Positions 12,437 to 24,865 of a stretch of DNA of 64,000 bases are shown in pieces (position 1 is the first letter of the stretch; each line of letters opens with the position of its first letter). The notes beneath the pieces are model-generated. The model was not told the DNA's origin. It was given only the letters and a program-made list of their open reading frames with translations, and ran no database searches. The stretch is from assembly GCA_050575255.1 (NCBI GenBank), contig JBNZDD010013610.1, positions 1,844,366 through 1,908,365 of the forward strand, in the 5' to 3' direction. Made by a program: the position numbers and the translations under genes. The DNA is from Harriotta raleighana (taxonomy: Eukaryota).

Positions 12437-13835
12437 CTAAAGATATTTTTTATGGATGCCAGTTTCCATTCATAATGCCAGTCAATTTATAAAAATAATT
12501 TTCCTGAAATTGGTCTAAAATATCACCATAGCATTGTCCATAATATAGTTTCTCCTCCAATGCCAAGCTTCTATTAAATTTTCACTTGTGTCTTGGGCTC
12601 ATTTTTTTGCATTGCGAAAAATTATTCTCTGATAGCACAATTTCCATAATAACTAGTTTTTCACACAAAATGCTTTGTGATTGCACAGCAATCCTTTCAA
12701 ATGAAAATTGCTTTATCAGACCATAGAAAATTCATAAAACCTTATTAATATGATACATTGCTTTAATGAAATGATTTATGAAGTTTTGTGGGCATTTAAA
12801 GATTAGTGAGAGTTAGTAAGAATCAAACTAAACAACACAAACTCAGCGCTAGTTTTTTTTCACCTGTGTGTTATTATCTTCCATGGAGCAATCTGCTGAA
12901 GGACTCAACATGGCTTCTACTTTAATTCCATTTACTCCAGAGCGCAGCTTAACAAAGGTCTTGATGGCCCTTTTCGTATTTCACATTGTTGAAGAAATTA
13001 CATTTTTTTTTGTTATTAATATTTTTAGCCCGGCTACCTCTGAATTTCTGTCCCTCGCATTCCACATGATTGCCTCCTCTGCGACTCATGAATAATATTA
13101 GTGTATCTGCGTATATTCCATTGTCCTGTGAAAAGATATCTGAAGTTAGCCGCAGAATGTCTGGTCCACCGTCGCCTCTGAGATGGGGCATTTTTTTTAA
13201 AATTTGAGGCGTCTTAAAAAAGAAAAAAAAACACACCGCGAGTACAAATGTATTTGCAATTATGTACAGGTGTTGTAACATAGGATTATATCCAGTAACA
13301 GCTGGGTCGACTGCATTACACGGCTGTAACAAAATTAAGCGGTTAAGATGACGGCATCAACTGCACTCTTTAAGATTGTGTTACAGCCTGTAATCATGCT
13401 GTTATTTTATAGAGTATACAGTTCACCGGGTATTTTTACCCCTACCAGTTGTTTCAGTGCTGTTAAAAAACCTACAGCTTATGGTTGACATTGTCATGCT
13501 TGTTGTTCCAAAGCACGGAGGATTCACACAAATTGAACAGGGTTTTGACCACACCATGAAACAGCTTCTAAACATGCAGTATCTATCACACATGATACTC
13601 TCAGAAAATGCGGACTCAGATTTGCACTTTTTACACTTATTTTTTTCAACAGCAAGATTTCGGTATTTCCACCTTGCCCCTCACAGACACGGGATACACT
13701 TACATCTGAAAGCCCCAAGGCACGGGTGTGAACATTCATTCCTATTTTACAAGCTGTGCAATTGAATGTTTGGAAGGAAAACTTTTGTTAATGTTTCCTT
13801 TCACACATGGACCGGGAATGGTAGAGGTTTTGGGA

Positions 13836-13897
13836 GCACCTTGGGACGTCCTCCCGATGTGAAAGGCGCTCTAGCAATGTAATTTTGTTGCTGTTGT
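13836..13897 (+). mobile_element. Older L2/SINE tail ending in (GTT)n-like sequence
   Basis: gcaccttgggacgtcctcccgatgtgaaaggcgctctagcaatgtaattttgttgctgttg. Confidence 0.7.
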
Positions 13898-14149
13898 TTT
13901 TTCATTTCTACACTCATGACTTAAAAACCCGATAACGGGCACTCCTTTTCCAGCAGTATTACCACTCCCCCCCTCCCTTAGTAAAACCTTGTCCTCCTTT
14001 TCTCACGCCCACCCCCACTCCCCCCTGCTGCCCCCCCACCCCCCCACCACACACACACAATAGTTGTCCAACATTTGGACATGGAGATATGGAGATAATA
14101 TAAAGCTTGCGGATTCACTATATACAAAATGCAAAATCCTGAAGTTATA

Positions 14150-14315
14150 GTAATAATACTACTGTAATAGCATTTGATGCATCCCACTTCACTTTGGGAG
14201 GATGTCTCAAAGTGCTTCACAGGACTTTACTGTACTGCATTTTGACTGTGTACAACAAAATACAACAAAATTACACTTGTATAGTGCCTTTCACGTCGGA
14301 AGAACATCACAAAGC
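14150..14315 (-). mobile_element. Two adjacent diverged L2/SINE tail fragments
   Basis: gggaggatgtctcaaagtgcttcacagg (to ~14222) and caacaaaattacacttgtatagtgcctttcacgtcggaag (~14262-14315). Confidence 0.6.
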
Positions 14316-14859
14316 ATGTATCTCGCAGACCCCAAATAACCATTGGTGCTGTGACCTCTGGATCCCTTTGCTCTTTTCGTTCTATTTAGTGACCAAAGTG
14401 CTGGTTTATAGCAGCAACACTGCACTTAGAGGCCTGCTGTGTGGACTTCAAGCAAAGCACATGTTTTATTGCTGCAATTTTTTACATGTATTTTTAAAAA
14501 AATATTTATATTGAGCCATAGCGCTAAACAATCCCACTACCTTGGTGACTTGCTGTTAAATGAGGTTTTGAGCCAGCTTATGAATTTAATGCACAGTCCC
14601 GGCTGTGGATTGAGAAGTCAATTCATTTAAACGGCAAAATGAATTTAAAGGAGCACAATAATTTAAAATTTGTCTTTTAAACGTGCGATACAAATAGACT
14701 GTCAAAGTAAGTGGCAAAATTATTTCCACCTGGAGTCGACCAAGTCACGAGTCCTCCCAGTCCCTCTCATTCAATCGTTGCCATGTTTTTTGTATCTTAT
14801 TGTTGACCTGTACATTTTCGCGTATATCTTTGCAAAGAAGTGTGAGAGAGCGAGAGGGC

Positions 14860-15078
14860 CTATGTTTACATAGAAGGTTGATAGAAAATGGAAAATGGCT
14901 TTGCGCCAATATAGTTGAAAGCGAAGTAACAACAGCCTTTAAACAGAATTTGGATAAATATTTGATAAATACGACTGAAGGGAGAGTGCAGGGGCATGGT
15001 GGTTTGAGTCGGTGGCAGAGATACAATGAACCAAATAACTAGTTTTGTGTGGTAAATATTGTTTGGTTTTATATGTTC
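14860..15078 (+). mobile_element. CR1-type LINE 3' fragment
   Basis: Translates ...IVESEVTTAFKQNLDKYL, resembling the CR1 ORF2 C-terminal 'VVEA..FK..LD..L' motif, followed by a degenerate CR1-like 3'UTR. Confidence 0.6.
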
Positions 15079-15179
15079 CTTTGCAGATGGCTTAATAATC
15101 CTATGACTGCACTGGCCACCTGTTAGATAATGTTATTGTCAATGCATCCAATTGTTACCAACAGAAAGCATGTGTGTGA

Positions 15180-15211
<32 letters not shown>

Positions 15212-15254
15212 ATTATATATATTTTTACTGTATAGATCATAATATATTATATAT

Positions 15255-15580
15255 TGTGGAATTCCCATAGCTCAGTGGTTAGAGCACTCGCTTACAAGCG
15301 TGAGACTTGTGTTCAAATCCAAGCAGATCAGGGTGAAACCTTGGGTAAGTTTCCTTACTCCACATGCCTAATAATAATTGTCCAAAAAAAAACAATAATA
15401 AAAATTGGTCATTTTCAATCCACGACTGTTTGTGGGACACTGCTGTGCGCAATTGGCTGCTGCGTTTCGCCCACAAATATACAGTCAATTCAATTTACAG
15501 TATATTCTGTGAAGCGTTTTGAGACGTCGATAAAATGTGAAAAAGCACTATATCAAATGCAAGGATTCTTCTTATTATAA
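15255..15580 (+). mobile_element. Full-length tRNA-derived SINE
   Basis: TAGCTCAGTGGTTAGAGC (A box), GTTCAAATCC (B box), Deu-like body, then tail to ...tgcaaggattcttcttattat. Confidence 0.92.
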
Positions 15581-16034
15581 CTATGTTGTACCTTGTTTTC
15601 ATCCTTCAGTTATGCTGAATTAACAAGTGCAGACCATCATGTTAATTTTTTGGCATATCAGTGTGGAAAATGTGAACAGTGCCCATTAACTAACCTATAA
15701 TTAGTGAAATATGTTTGAAGAAGTGAAAATAAAAATTCCTGTGGGATAGAAATGCCCCCCCCCCCAACCCCCCCAACCTGAAGTACTACAGTTTCCTGGC
15801 ACATTGAAAACACACTGCAGCCTTGTTCAATAGAGTTTCATGATGGTTTTTCCTCATGTTCTTGTAGTTGTCACGATTGGGAGAGTTGGTGGACCGAGTT
15901 ATGCATGTTGGTGGGTGAAACCCTTTTTACACTGTAATGTACTGGGCTGCAGTCACTGTACGTGGAAATATCATAGCGAGTAGTTTGCGAGAGAGGGAGA
16001 GAAAGAGCGAGCAAGCCAAGATTTTGGTCTAAAA

Positions 16035-16156
16035 TTTGTGCCCACTGAACACGCAGTCAATTCACTTAACAATATATTCTGTGAAGTGCTTTGAGATGTC
16101 TCAACGATGTGACAAGGCTCCATATCAAATGTAAGGATGATGATTAATATTATTAT
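16035..16156 (+). mobile_element. SINE 3' portion
   Basis: cagtcaattcacttaacaatatattctgtgaagtgctttgagatgtc...atatcaaatgtaaggatgatgatt. Confidence 0.8.
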
Positions 16157-16212
16157 AAGATGACTGTTTCACTCAAATCTGAGCATCCAAATGCCTACAA
16201 ATAACAATAATC

Positions 16213-16308
16213 ACAATAATCCTTGCATTTGATATATATCACCTCTTCGAGACATCTCAAAGCAATTCACGGAATATACTGTAAAATATATGATTGTATA
16301 TAAATGAG
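16213..16308 (-). mobile_element. SINE 3' portion, tail-to-tail with the copy at 16035
   Basis: aataatccttgcatttgatatat...gagacatctcaaagcaattcacggaatatactgtaaa. Confidence 0.8.
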
Positions 16309-17364
16309 AGGCCAGTTCATTTCAAGCGCTTTGAGATGTCCTCCTTCCTGACCTAGGTGCTGTGGAAAGCTAAATCGTATTAAATCGTACCTCCTCTGTG
16401 AATGGGTTGTGATGTGTGCCTGTATGTGTTGGGTGGGGGTGGGGTGAGGTGAGGAACGGCAGGAGAAAATATTTCTCTTCCATCCTTTCCTCAGTGGTAA
16501 ATTCATTATTTTTCTACAACTACGTTTTAAAAGGCACCCGGAACGTCCCCCGTCTTAAAATTCCATTAAAACCCAGCCGCAATGCTCGGAATACAAAAGG
16601 GAGAGAAAAATTCAATAAAATGCTCATTCCTACCTAGTAAGCGGGTATCAGAGATGCTGAGAAGACAATCAAGCCTGAAAATAAATGAGTGAACGATGGG
16701 AAAATGAAAGAAAACACCAGCAAAAGCAATGGCTGAGACCATCGATTATCTGGACTAATAGTGGAGGGTTTGTCACAATGAACTGGCTCGCAAAGTGTCT
16801 AATCATTGCTGTCCCTCCTCCTCCTCCTTGCACTAAAAATAAAATATTTATAAAACTATGGCCTAAAGGTTGGAGTTGCTCACCTAACGTTGTGCGATTA
16901 GTGAAATGGACCATTTCTGATTTGAGTCGGGAAGAGAGGAGAGAGAGCGAGAGAGGAGGGGAGGAATAGCTATTAAAGATGGTATTAATGGACTGCAAGC
17001 AAAGAAAAGTTGTCATGGAAGTGTGTTTATGGTGTATAGTGCTGGCAGGCATGATTTCGATAGGCTTTGACATGTTTAACATAAATGTATACAGCGGGGC
17101 TCCTACATTCATGAATAATTCCTTGAGGCCCCATGCCTCCCTAATTACTGAAATTGAAAAAATAGGTCATGCACATCTTTACTTGAACAGCAGTATTTTT
17201 TTCCTCCTCTGTGTGCTTGATGTGCGGAATACATCTGTGATACAATGAATTGGTTGGACAATTGCAGCTGCAAGGGCAAAGAGAATTTAAAGGAGAACAA
17301 AAAACCCACCAAAAAAAAGTTTTATTTGTTAATTTGTCTAGAATTCAAATGAATCTATATATAC

Positions 17365-17400
17365 TGTATATAGATATATATATATATATGTGTGTATATA

Positions 17401-17431
<31 letters not shown>

Positions 17432-17435
17432 TTAT
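17365..17435. repeat. (TA)n/(TG)n compound microsatellite
   Basis: Seen directly in the sequence. Confidence 0.85.
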
Positions 17436-17509
17436 ATCTACCTTTCCTGAGGTAGGAGGAAAATAAAAAAGGTATTGTATTCACTACCTCAGGCAATTTT
17501 TAAAAATAA

Positions 17510-17635
17510 ATAAATAATAAATCTTGCATTCGATACAACGCCTTTCATGTCTGTGGACATATCAACCCACATCACATAATTTGATATATTTTTCTAGGTA
17601 GACAGAGCCTTGGTTTATCGTTTTATCTGTAAGGA
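17510..17635 (-). mobile_element. Old DeuSINE-like remnant
   Basis: Tail atcttgcattcgatacaacgcctttcatgtc, plus gtagacagagccttggtttatcgttttatctg, which resembles the reverse complement of the recalled DeuSINE segment 'cggatgagacgttaaaccgaggccccgtctgc'. Confidence 0.5.
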
Positions 17636-20082
17636 GGAAAATGTTTTTTTTTAAAAGTTAGTTTCAATATCTCATAGAAACTCTGCAAATATTCTATTAA
17701 TTATTGAAGTTGCATGTGTAATCCTCAGAAGTATGATTTATATTTCTATAGACATGAAAATGACTGCCCACTTCAAACTGTAATACATTATAATATTTAT
17801 GTGTAATTAGTATAATAAAATGCAGGTTCATATAGTCCTTGCTGTGGCCTGACCTAGGTTTGGTTTAAAAAATTATTTAATCATTAGATCCATACAGCAT
17901 TAATAATTTATCTTAAAATGGTCTCTAAAGTCCAAATTAAATGTTAAACTAACTCACCAGCTACTGAGAATTTAATATCTTACTAGCCAAAGTTTCCATT
18001 AAATCAGTGCCAGCATCTTTTATTCCGTTTTACTTTGATGTGTCCTAAACTAGAAGTCTGCAAGAGAAAACATGAATTGGATGCCATCAACATTTACAGT
18101 CTCTTCCTTCTCACCCTGTTTAAGAGGGTGGGTTGGTCAAACTTGTGGATATCTCCACAGAGGCCATCAACTGTCATTAATTGCGCTCTTTGGCCAACCA
18201 GCCAGGAGGCATGCTGAAGGGTTGCAGGAAAGCACACATACACGCACACAAACACCGCCCTTTCTCTGGGCTGTTTGGCTTTCTCCACAATGACCTGGCT
18301 GAGACTGGCAAGCGCGTCCCTGGGGAAATGCTTTTAATGGGAATGTCCGCAGAAATCGGAATCGTTGAGAGCTAAATCGCCCCCGTGTTAGAGCCACCTC
18401 TGCATCTTGAAAACATCCCTGCAGTGCTCTTTGAAAACGAATAGAAATTGACAAGAACTTAGTAATAAGACTGGGGCATATGCAAGGGGATACAATGTAG
18501 GTACGAGTTTTTGAATCTTATTCATTGGTGCCTGTTTGATGACCTACCTAGGTTGCAAAATCAGAACTAATGAGTATTAAAGCTGTCTAATATACTGTAG
18601 CCTTCACATTCAATTAGATCAACTCAAAGGTATTTTTTTTACACAGAGCCATAAAGATAGAGCTGATTTCTGCAGGAAAAAATATCATTAGCCTAATTGA
18701 TGACGATACCTAGAATCTTTTTGAGATGGCTTGGAATAGTAGAGGGAAAATGTCATAAAGGTTGGATTATTTGAGTTTTTAACATCAGTGCTATAGATGA
18801 ACAAAAGGCTGCTGTCTTTGTAAGTGATGCTGAGTGCCTGGAGCGATGTTGAGTAGAATAATGAGTAACAATATATGTATTCTGGGTAAAAAAAAAAAAA
18901 TTTTTAACCACTTCACCCAAGTTAAGTCAGGAATGCATTATCTCTCAATAAGAAGATATCTGATTGACATTTTTTTCTCAAGGCTGGGCAGTGCACACTG
19001 ATTACCTAGTGCATTGCTCAGATCTACGTACACTACTTCTCTCTTAATTCTATTCAATCAGCAGGCAATGCCTTGGAAACCAACTGCACACAACACGAGA
19101 GGTCCAGTATGCTTGACCAAAAATTATTGATGAGATTCTGCCCGAAAATGTTCTGAAACCAGCTCTTCATTTATTTATCTTCTTGAAAAGCTCAACTTTA
19201 TGCAAGGAAAAAACATATAAACTGATGAGGAGCAGGTGTGTGTGTATGTGGGATGGGGGTGCACAACACTGCAAAGCTCTGTGTACAGAATACTGCACGT
19301 CCATCAAAACCCTGGCTTCAGATTGTCAGACATTTAAGGCAACCTATATGGTTCTTTATCAGTTCTCAAGAGGCAACAGAGGATGTGACTGTTTACAGAC
19401 ATAGATTATTCAACTGAGAATTCTGGCCTTTCCTCTCCCGCCTCCATCCTATGCTTCCATTCATTTCCCCTCCTATTGGTGAGAGATGTTGCCAGTCAGA
19501 GGAAAGGCTTGCAAATGATTTTGCTCCTAAGTGAAGGGGAGACACAAAGCCTTTATCTACAAACGATTTACCAGAACAGGGATAAGCAGAAAGTGGGGTC
19601 AATGATGAACCACAGGAGAGGCCTAATATTACTGGAGCTGTGATTTACCTTGTAAGCAAGTGTTTTTTTGTCTAGCTGTACTGTCAGAAGTTCTCTTACG
19701 TTAGTGTGCTTGTCGTCAGTTACTGTATGCATCGATGTGCAACTTTAACATAGATTTTGTTGAAACTCTTGAGATTCATCTTAGTTGTATTTAAATGGAG
19801 CTCAGATAAATACACCAGAGATGGTCTACACCATGTAAAAGTGTGCTTAAAAGCATACGTCTATTTTTATTCTTACATTAAGCTTAAGAGGACTATGAAG
19901 CACATCTCAAAATACTACCAGGTTTCAATGTTCCACTTCATTAAAAAGAATTGTTAACCCTCTCGCTTTCTCGTGCATTTTCTTGCTGTTGTCATGGTGC
20001 TTTGAAGAACATTTTGCAGGGATTCTTTTCTTCCTAATTTTTACACCTTTGAGAAAAATCAATCTTTTTAGAAATTCGCAGC

Positions 20083-20700
20083 ATGAAAGGAGGCCATTCA
20101 GCCCATCAAGTCTGCAATGGCTCTCAATGCAAGATGGACTTTCAATCCCACCACTGCCCTATCCTCATATCCCTTCAAGCATCTAACTTTCATATTCCTG
20201 TCTACTTTCCTCATGAAACCCATGATCGTAGTCCAGTAGAGCACTCACCTCTTAACAAGCGAGAGTTCAATTCCAGGCAGGACGAAACCTTGGGCAAGTT
20301 TCTTTACTCCACATGCCTAATAATAATCCCTCAAAAAAAATTGGTCACTTCAATCCACGACTATTTGTGCTCAATTAGCTGTCCCATTTCTCCCACATAA
20401 ATACTGTTAATTCACTTTACAGTATATTCTGTGAAGCACTTTCAGACATCTAGAAGATGTGAAAAGCACTGTATCAAATGCAAGGATTATTATTATTGAC
20501 TCGGCCTCTATCACCTACTTATCTTGGTAGGGCGTTCCACACCACAACAACATGTTTTTGTTTAAAAAAAATATCCCCTATGATCTTCTTTTACACTTCT
20601 TGTAGTTATTTTATATCTTTGTCCCCTAGTTATTGACTCCTCTATCAGTTGAAATTACTTCTCTCTCTTGACCCCGTCAAAACGGCACATCATTTTGTAG
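20083..20700 (-). mobile_element. CR1-type LINE 3' fragment interrupted by a SINE
   Basis: 'gaaaggaggccattcagcccatc' (CR1 3'UTR, minus strand) before the SINE, and 'gcgttccacaccac...tgtcccctagttattgactcc' after it. Confidence 0.55.
20237..20497 (+). mobile_element. Near full-length SINE with partly deleted head
   Basis: tagagcactcac...acaagcgagagttcaattccaggcagg...atcaaatgcaaggattattattatt. Confidence 0.88.
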
Positions 20701-21249
20701 GCCTTTTGTCGCAATGCACTGGGATGTGCAAGGAGCCATACAAATATAAATTTTGTATTGTATTGTGTATTGACCAATGCTCCCAGTGCCAGGATTTTCC
20801 AGATCCACGTGACCTGAGGTGGTCAGGTGGCAGTGCAGCAATCTTTATTTAATATTATCTGCTCATCATATTTCCATCCCACCTTTAAATTTATCCTTAC
20901 CTTGGAACGAATACCAGCAATGATGTTATCCGCAAGGCAGCAGTCGCCTGTCAACTGCGTAAAATAATACTCATTTTGTTTAATAGTGTCAAAGGTCATT
21001 TGATCCGCCAGAAGAACCAGGTAAACAGTGGATTTAAGTGGTATAGACAGGTGCATGATATAACGCCAAAGAGTTGTATTGGTGGATGGGAGGTGGGAGA
21101 AGGGGATAAACTTTCAAAGCCTGGCTGGATGGAATATGAGAGCAAGACAGTCTCTTTCTTTGGTTTCTCCCTTACCTAACTCTCAATTCTCAAACAGCAT
21201 TGATTCACTGATCAGAGCGTTGGCAAAAGATCACATCACCTTTACATTT

Positions 21250-21315
21250 AAGTGCTTTGAGACCTCTGGAAGACGTGAAAAGCACTATATCAAATGCAAG
21301 GATTATTATTATTAT
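21250..21315 (+). mobile_element. SINE 3' tail
   Basis: aagtgctttgagacctctggaagacgtgaaaagcactatatcaaatgcaaggattattattatt. Confidence 0.85.
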
Positions 21316-24300
21316 TTGTTTTCCATTCCTGCCCATTTCAGCTCCAGGCACAGAAATTTGAGGTGGGAGTTCACTGGCCAAACCCATCCTATTTTGGGCT
21401 TCATCGGAAACTGTCAACGGTATATCATCACTATTGCAATCCTGGGGTAGAGAGAAAGTTTTTTTTAAACAGCCACCATTAAGAATCATTTGAAATAAAA
21501 TGTAACATTTGTGTAAATAAATACAACGCATCTGGCCTATTGATATTGGAAGCAGTGATTAAAAGGTTAAAATGTGTTGCACAACAATAAAAATACTAAT
21601 TTTTATTATTAATACGTGAAAGAACGACAGGCAAATTTATAGCTGCAAAAGTTTATTCGTTTACGGTATTATACGATGGCCACATGATGCTGAAAACACG
21701 AGACTTACGGAAAATGGCATGAATTAATGATTACCTAATTGGCTCTTAGATTTTTTTTCACTGGGAGATGGAAGTTTATTTGATGTGCCTGTCAAAAGTG
21801 CTTTAGTTGACTGATGTTGATGCGAAAGAGAGAGAAATGGCCCTCCCCATGTTCCTGTGGGGTAATGTGTTGGGTAGGTTTCTTGTGTGGCTTTGGTGTA
21901 ATGTATGGTGCTAAAGCAGATTGTTGTATGTGTGGAGAATGTCGGGCCTGCGATGTAATCATTTTTGACGCATGATCTTTGATTGAGAATGACACTTTAA
22001 TGTCTGGAGCCTTGCTAGAGGTCAGATGTGGTTAACCTGGCTCTCTACCCTCCCTCTTCTCGCAGAAGCAATGTCATTTAATCAGCCTAAATTTAACTCT
22101 TCGTGCACTGTGCCCTGGCAGGCAGCGAGCTGGCTTACTTACGTTTTGCTTTTAGCCCTCACCACCCATACAATAAGAAAGAGACGCAAACAAACACTGG
22201 AACATTGACTACTCCACTGGCTCGTGGAACACGAGCCTTGTCTTGGGATGGTTGTTGAATGATAAGGGAAGAATGTTGGATCTCTCACCTCAACGAGCTT
22301 GGATGCCTTGATTAAAAAGCTAATAATACAAAACAGCTGCTAATCCCTTTGGGGTTTATTATAAAAGTATGCCAAATGTTTAAACAAACTCAATCACAGT
22401 GTCCCTGCCCCATGAAAGGGTTGGTGGGTGGGTGAGTGGGGGTTATTTTGGCCACTGGCCTGCATGTACGCGCACATGTCAAAATGTCAAGACATTATAG
22501 ACCGTCCACGAGGACTGAGAATTCCTCGGCCCAATCCTAGGCATTCACAGTCATTTAACATACGTCGGTAACCAGTAGTAGTTAATGGTAAAGTCAAGTC
22601 AAACCGTAATCTTTAAATTGTTTGTTTGTGCTGCTGCTGATGTGAAGCTGTAGAAGAAATTGCTGACATCACCAAGCTCCACAGGGAGAGTAGCACTTCA
22701 TAAATACAGGTTTTAAAAATGCCTGTTCGTTTGACTTTTTTCAGGGTGTGGGGAGGGATGGGGGTTGGGTCGGGGAAGGAAACATAGTTTTAGGTGGCCA
22801 CATATTATGGTATGGTTGATTGGTTTCAAGGCTTTGCCCATTGCAGCTGAGCAGAACTGGAGGGTCCTCCAAGGCTTCTCTCAGCTGGTCGGACATGCAG
22901 ACGCACAATGGGTTGAATGGAGTGCCTTAGTGACTTGGACCCACTACAAGTGAGACACATGCGTAACACTTGGCAGGCGGCTTTGGAAAGTTCGCCCTCA
23001 GCCAGAACTCAAACCCCGCAGCCACGAGAGGTGTGAAGCAAACATCATAGGCAGGCAACACTGCATGAATGCACTTGGATACATAATATAGGCTTTGCTT
23101 GAAACCCAGAACCAAAGAGCCTGCTTTTCAGTGCAAACCTGGAAGAATCTGCAGCAGTTTAGCAGAGATGGACAGTTTTACTCACAGCCACATTCCAGCA
23201 GCATATGTTTCCTTGACACTAAATTTTTGCAATAACCATTGTCCTGTGTGACCTGTTTCAGCCACATCTGGCACTCAGGCCTCAGCTCTCATTTATTATT
23301 TATTCACTTAAATGACAATCACTCAGCAAACTCCCAAAAAAGGGAGAGATTTGAAAGGATATGAGTGAAAGATTGCTTTGTGTTCACGGATCTTACTCTA
23401 AATCTGAAGTAGATCAAGTCTATACAGTAATGTATGGTCAATGACATTCATTTTCCTGGCAGAATAAGATCCAATGGCTCCCAGTATATGAATGTTGCAA
23501 TGCATGTTTAATCTGGACCCAATCCATCATTTGAAATATCCAGATGTCACACATTGCTTTTATCAAGCGAAAATGGATAATGATCATTAAGCAGAAGCGA
23601 GAGGAGAGAAATGCCATTTCACTTGTCCCTGCGAGAGGAGAACAATGGGACTGCGGTACTCCAGCTCAGCAGTCAACGGTAGTCAGGTTACCCTTGCAGA
23701 AGAGGTTATAGGTCAGTGTTCGCTTCTGGAAAGCTGTTCGAATCGATGTGACTGCCCACTGCATTCTCCCACAGACTTTCAACAGTTTCTGGAGCTTTGG
23801 GATTTCAGTGACTTTTAACAATTTGATGAATTTAAAAGAAAGTCGTTTGAAGCGCTGATAAAGGAATACGCGTCCTGAGGTGTCTTGAAATTCAATTCTC
23901 AGCATTCTGAGTATTCGGTCATCAAACTATTTTGAAGCCATAAATAATTTAGATTTCCTCGTTCTTTTATTCAATACCCACTATCAGTTCTGTGAAGTAT
24001 ATCGTCATTTTCTTCCCTAACCCCTCACCTCCCATCCCTCGGAAAGATGAAAATTACAGGAGGTATAAAAAGTTCAGATTAGCTTGATTGTTCTGTACAG
24101 CAGCTCTTTGTAATTGCAGTATACTGTTTGATGGAAATGAACGTAACAAGCCTGATTTCATGCAAAACCACAAGAACAAGTTGACTGTAAATATATTGCG
24201 ATCATTCAGATCTTCTCTCCACATTTAAATCCATGTGATTTGCAAGCATTTGGATTTTTGAGTATTGAAGAGATGAGGAATAAATGATGTTCGCCTTCAT

Positions 24301-24544
24301 TTGCTTGAAATTGGGCTTGTGAAAGTGTTCAGTTTGGACAACAATTATTGTATGTTACAAGATGAGCTCCAAGTGTCCCATCTTAACATGACAATAGCAT
24401 TGAGTTTCTATCTCTTTCCCCCACACACACATGCTCGCGGACACTCATACACAGAGACACAAGTAGTCTCTCATACCAGATTTATTTGCACATACCCCAT
24501 CATTTCTTTATAGTTTCATTAGTTTCATTATTATGATAAATAAG

Positions 24545-24641
24545 AATAATAATTCTTGCATTTGATATAGCTGCCTCAGCACATCGCTGAAACATCTCAA
24601 AGTCTTCACAGGATATTCTGTAAAATGAATTGACTGGATTT
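24545..24641 (-). mobile_element. SINE 3' portion
   Basis: aataataattcttgcatttgatatagc...catctcaaagtcttcacaggatattctgtaaaatgaattgact. Confidence 0.8.
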
Positions 24642-24754
24642 ATTAATAAATGTTGTTTCTTCAAAATATACAAAGTATACGGCATTTATCAAGAAAATGT
24701 TCACATTTATCAACACAAATCCATACTTGAGATGAAATTGTCAATCCACCCTTC

Positions 24755-24865
24755 TACAAATGTACAGTCAATTCACTTTACAGTATATTCTGTGAAGCGC
24801 TTTGGGATGTTGATAAGATGTGAAAAGCGCTATATCAAATGCAAGGATTATTATTATTATTATTA
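24755..24865 (+). mobile_element. SINE 3' portion
   Basis: acagtcaattcactttacagtatattctgtgaagcgctttggg...tgcaagg(att)n. Confidence 0.88.

Noticed and set aside
15255-15340. Genuine tRNA genes at the SINE heads
   Set aside because: Each is fused to the SINE body and tail, differs between copies, and has indels in the arms.
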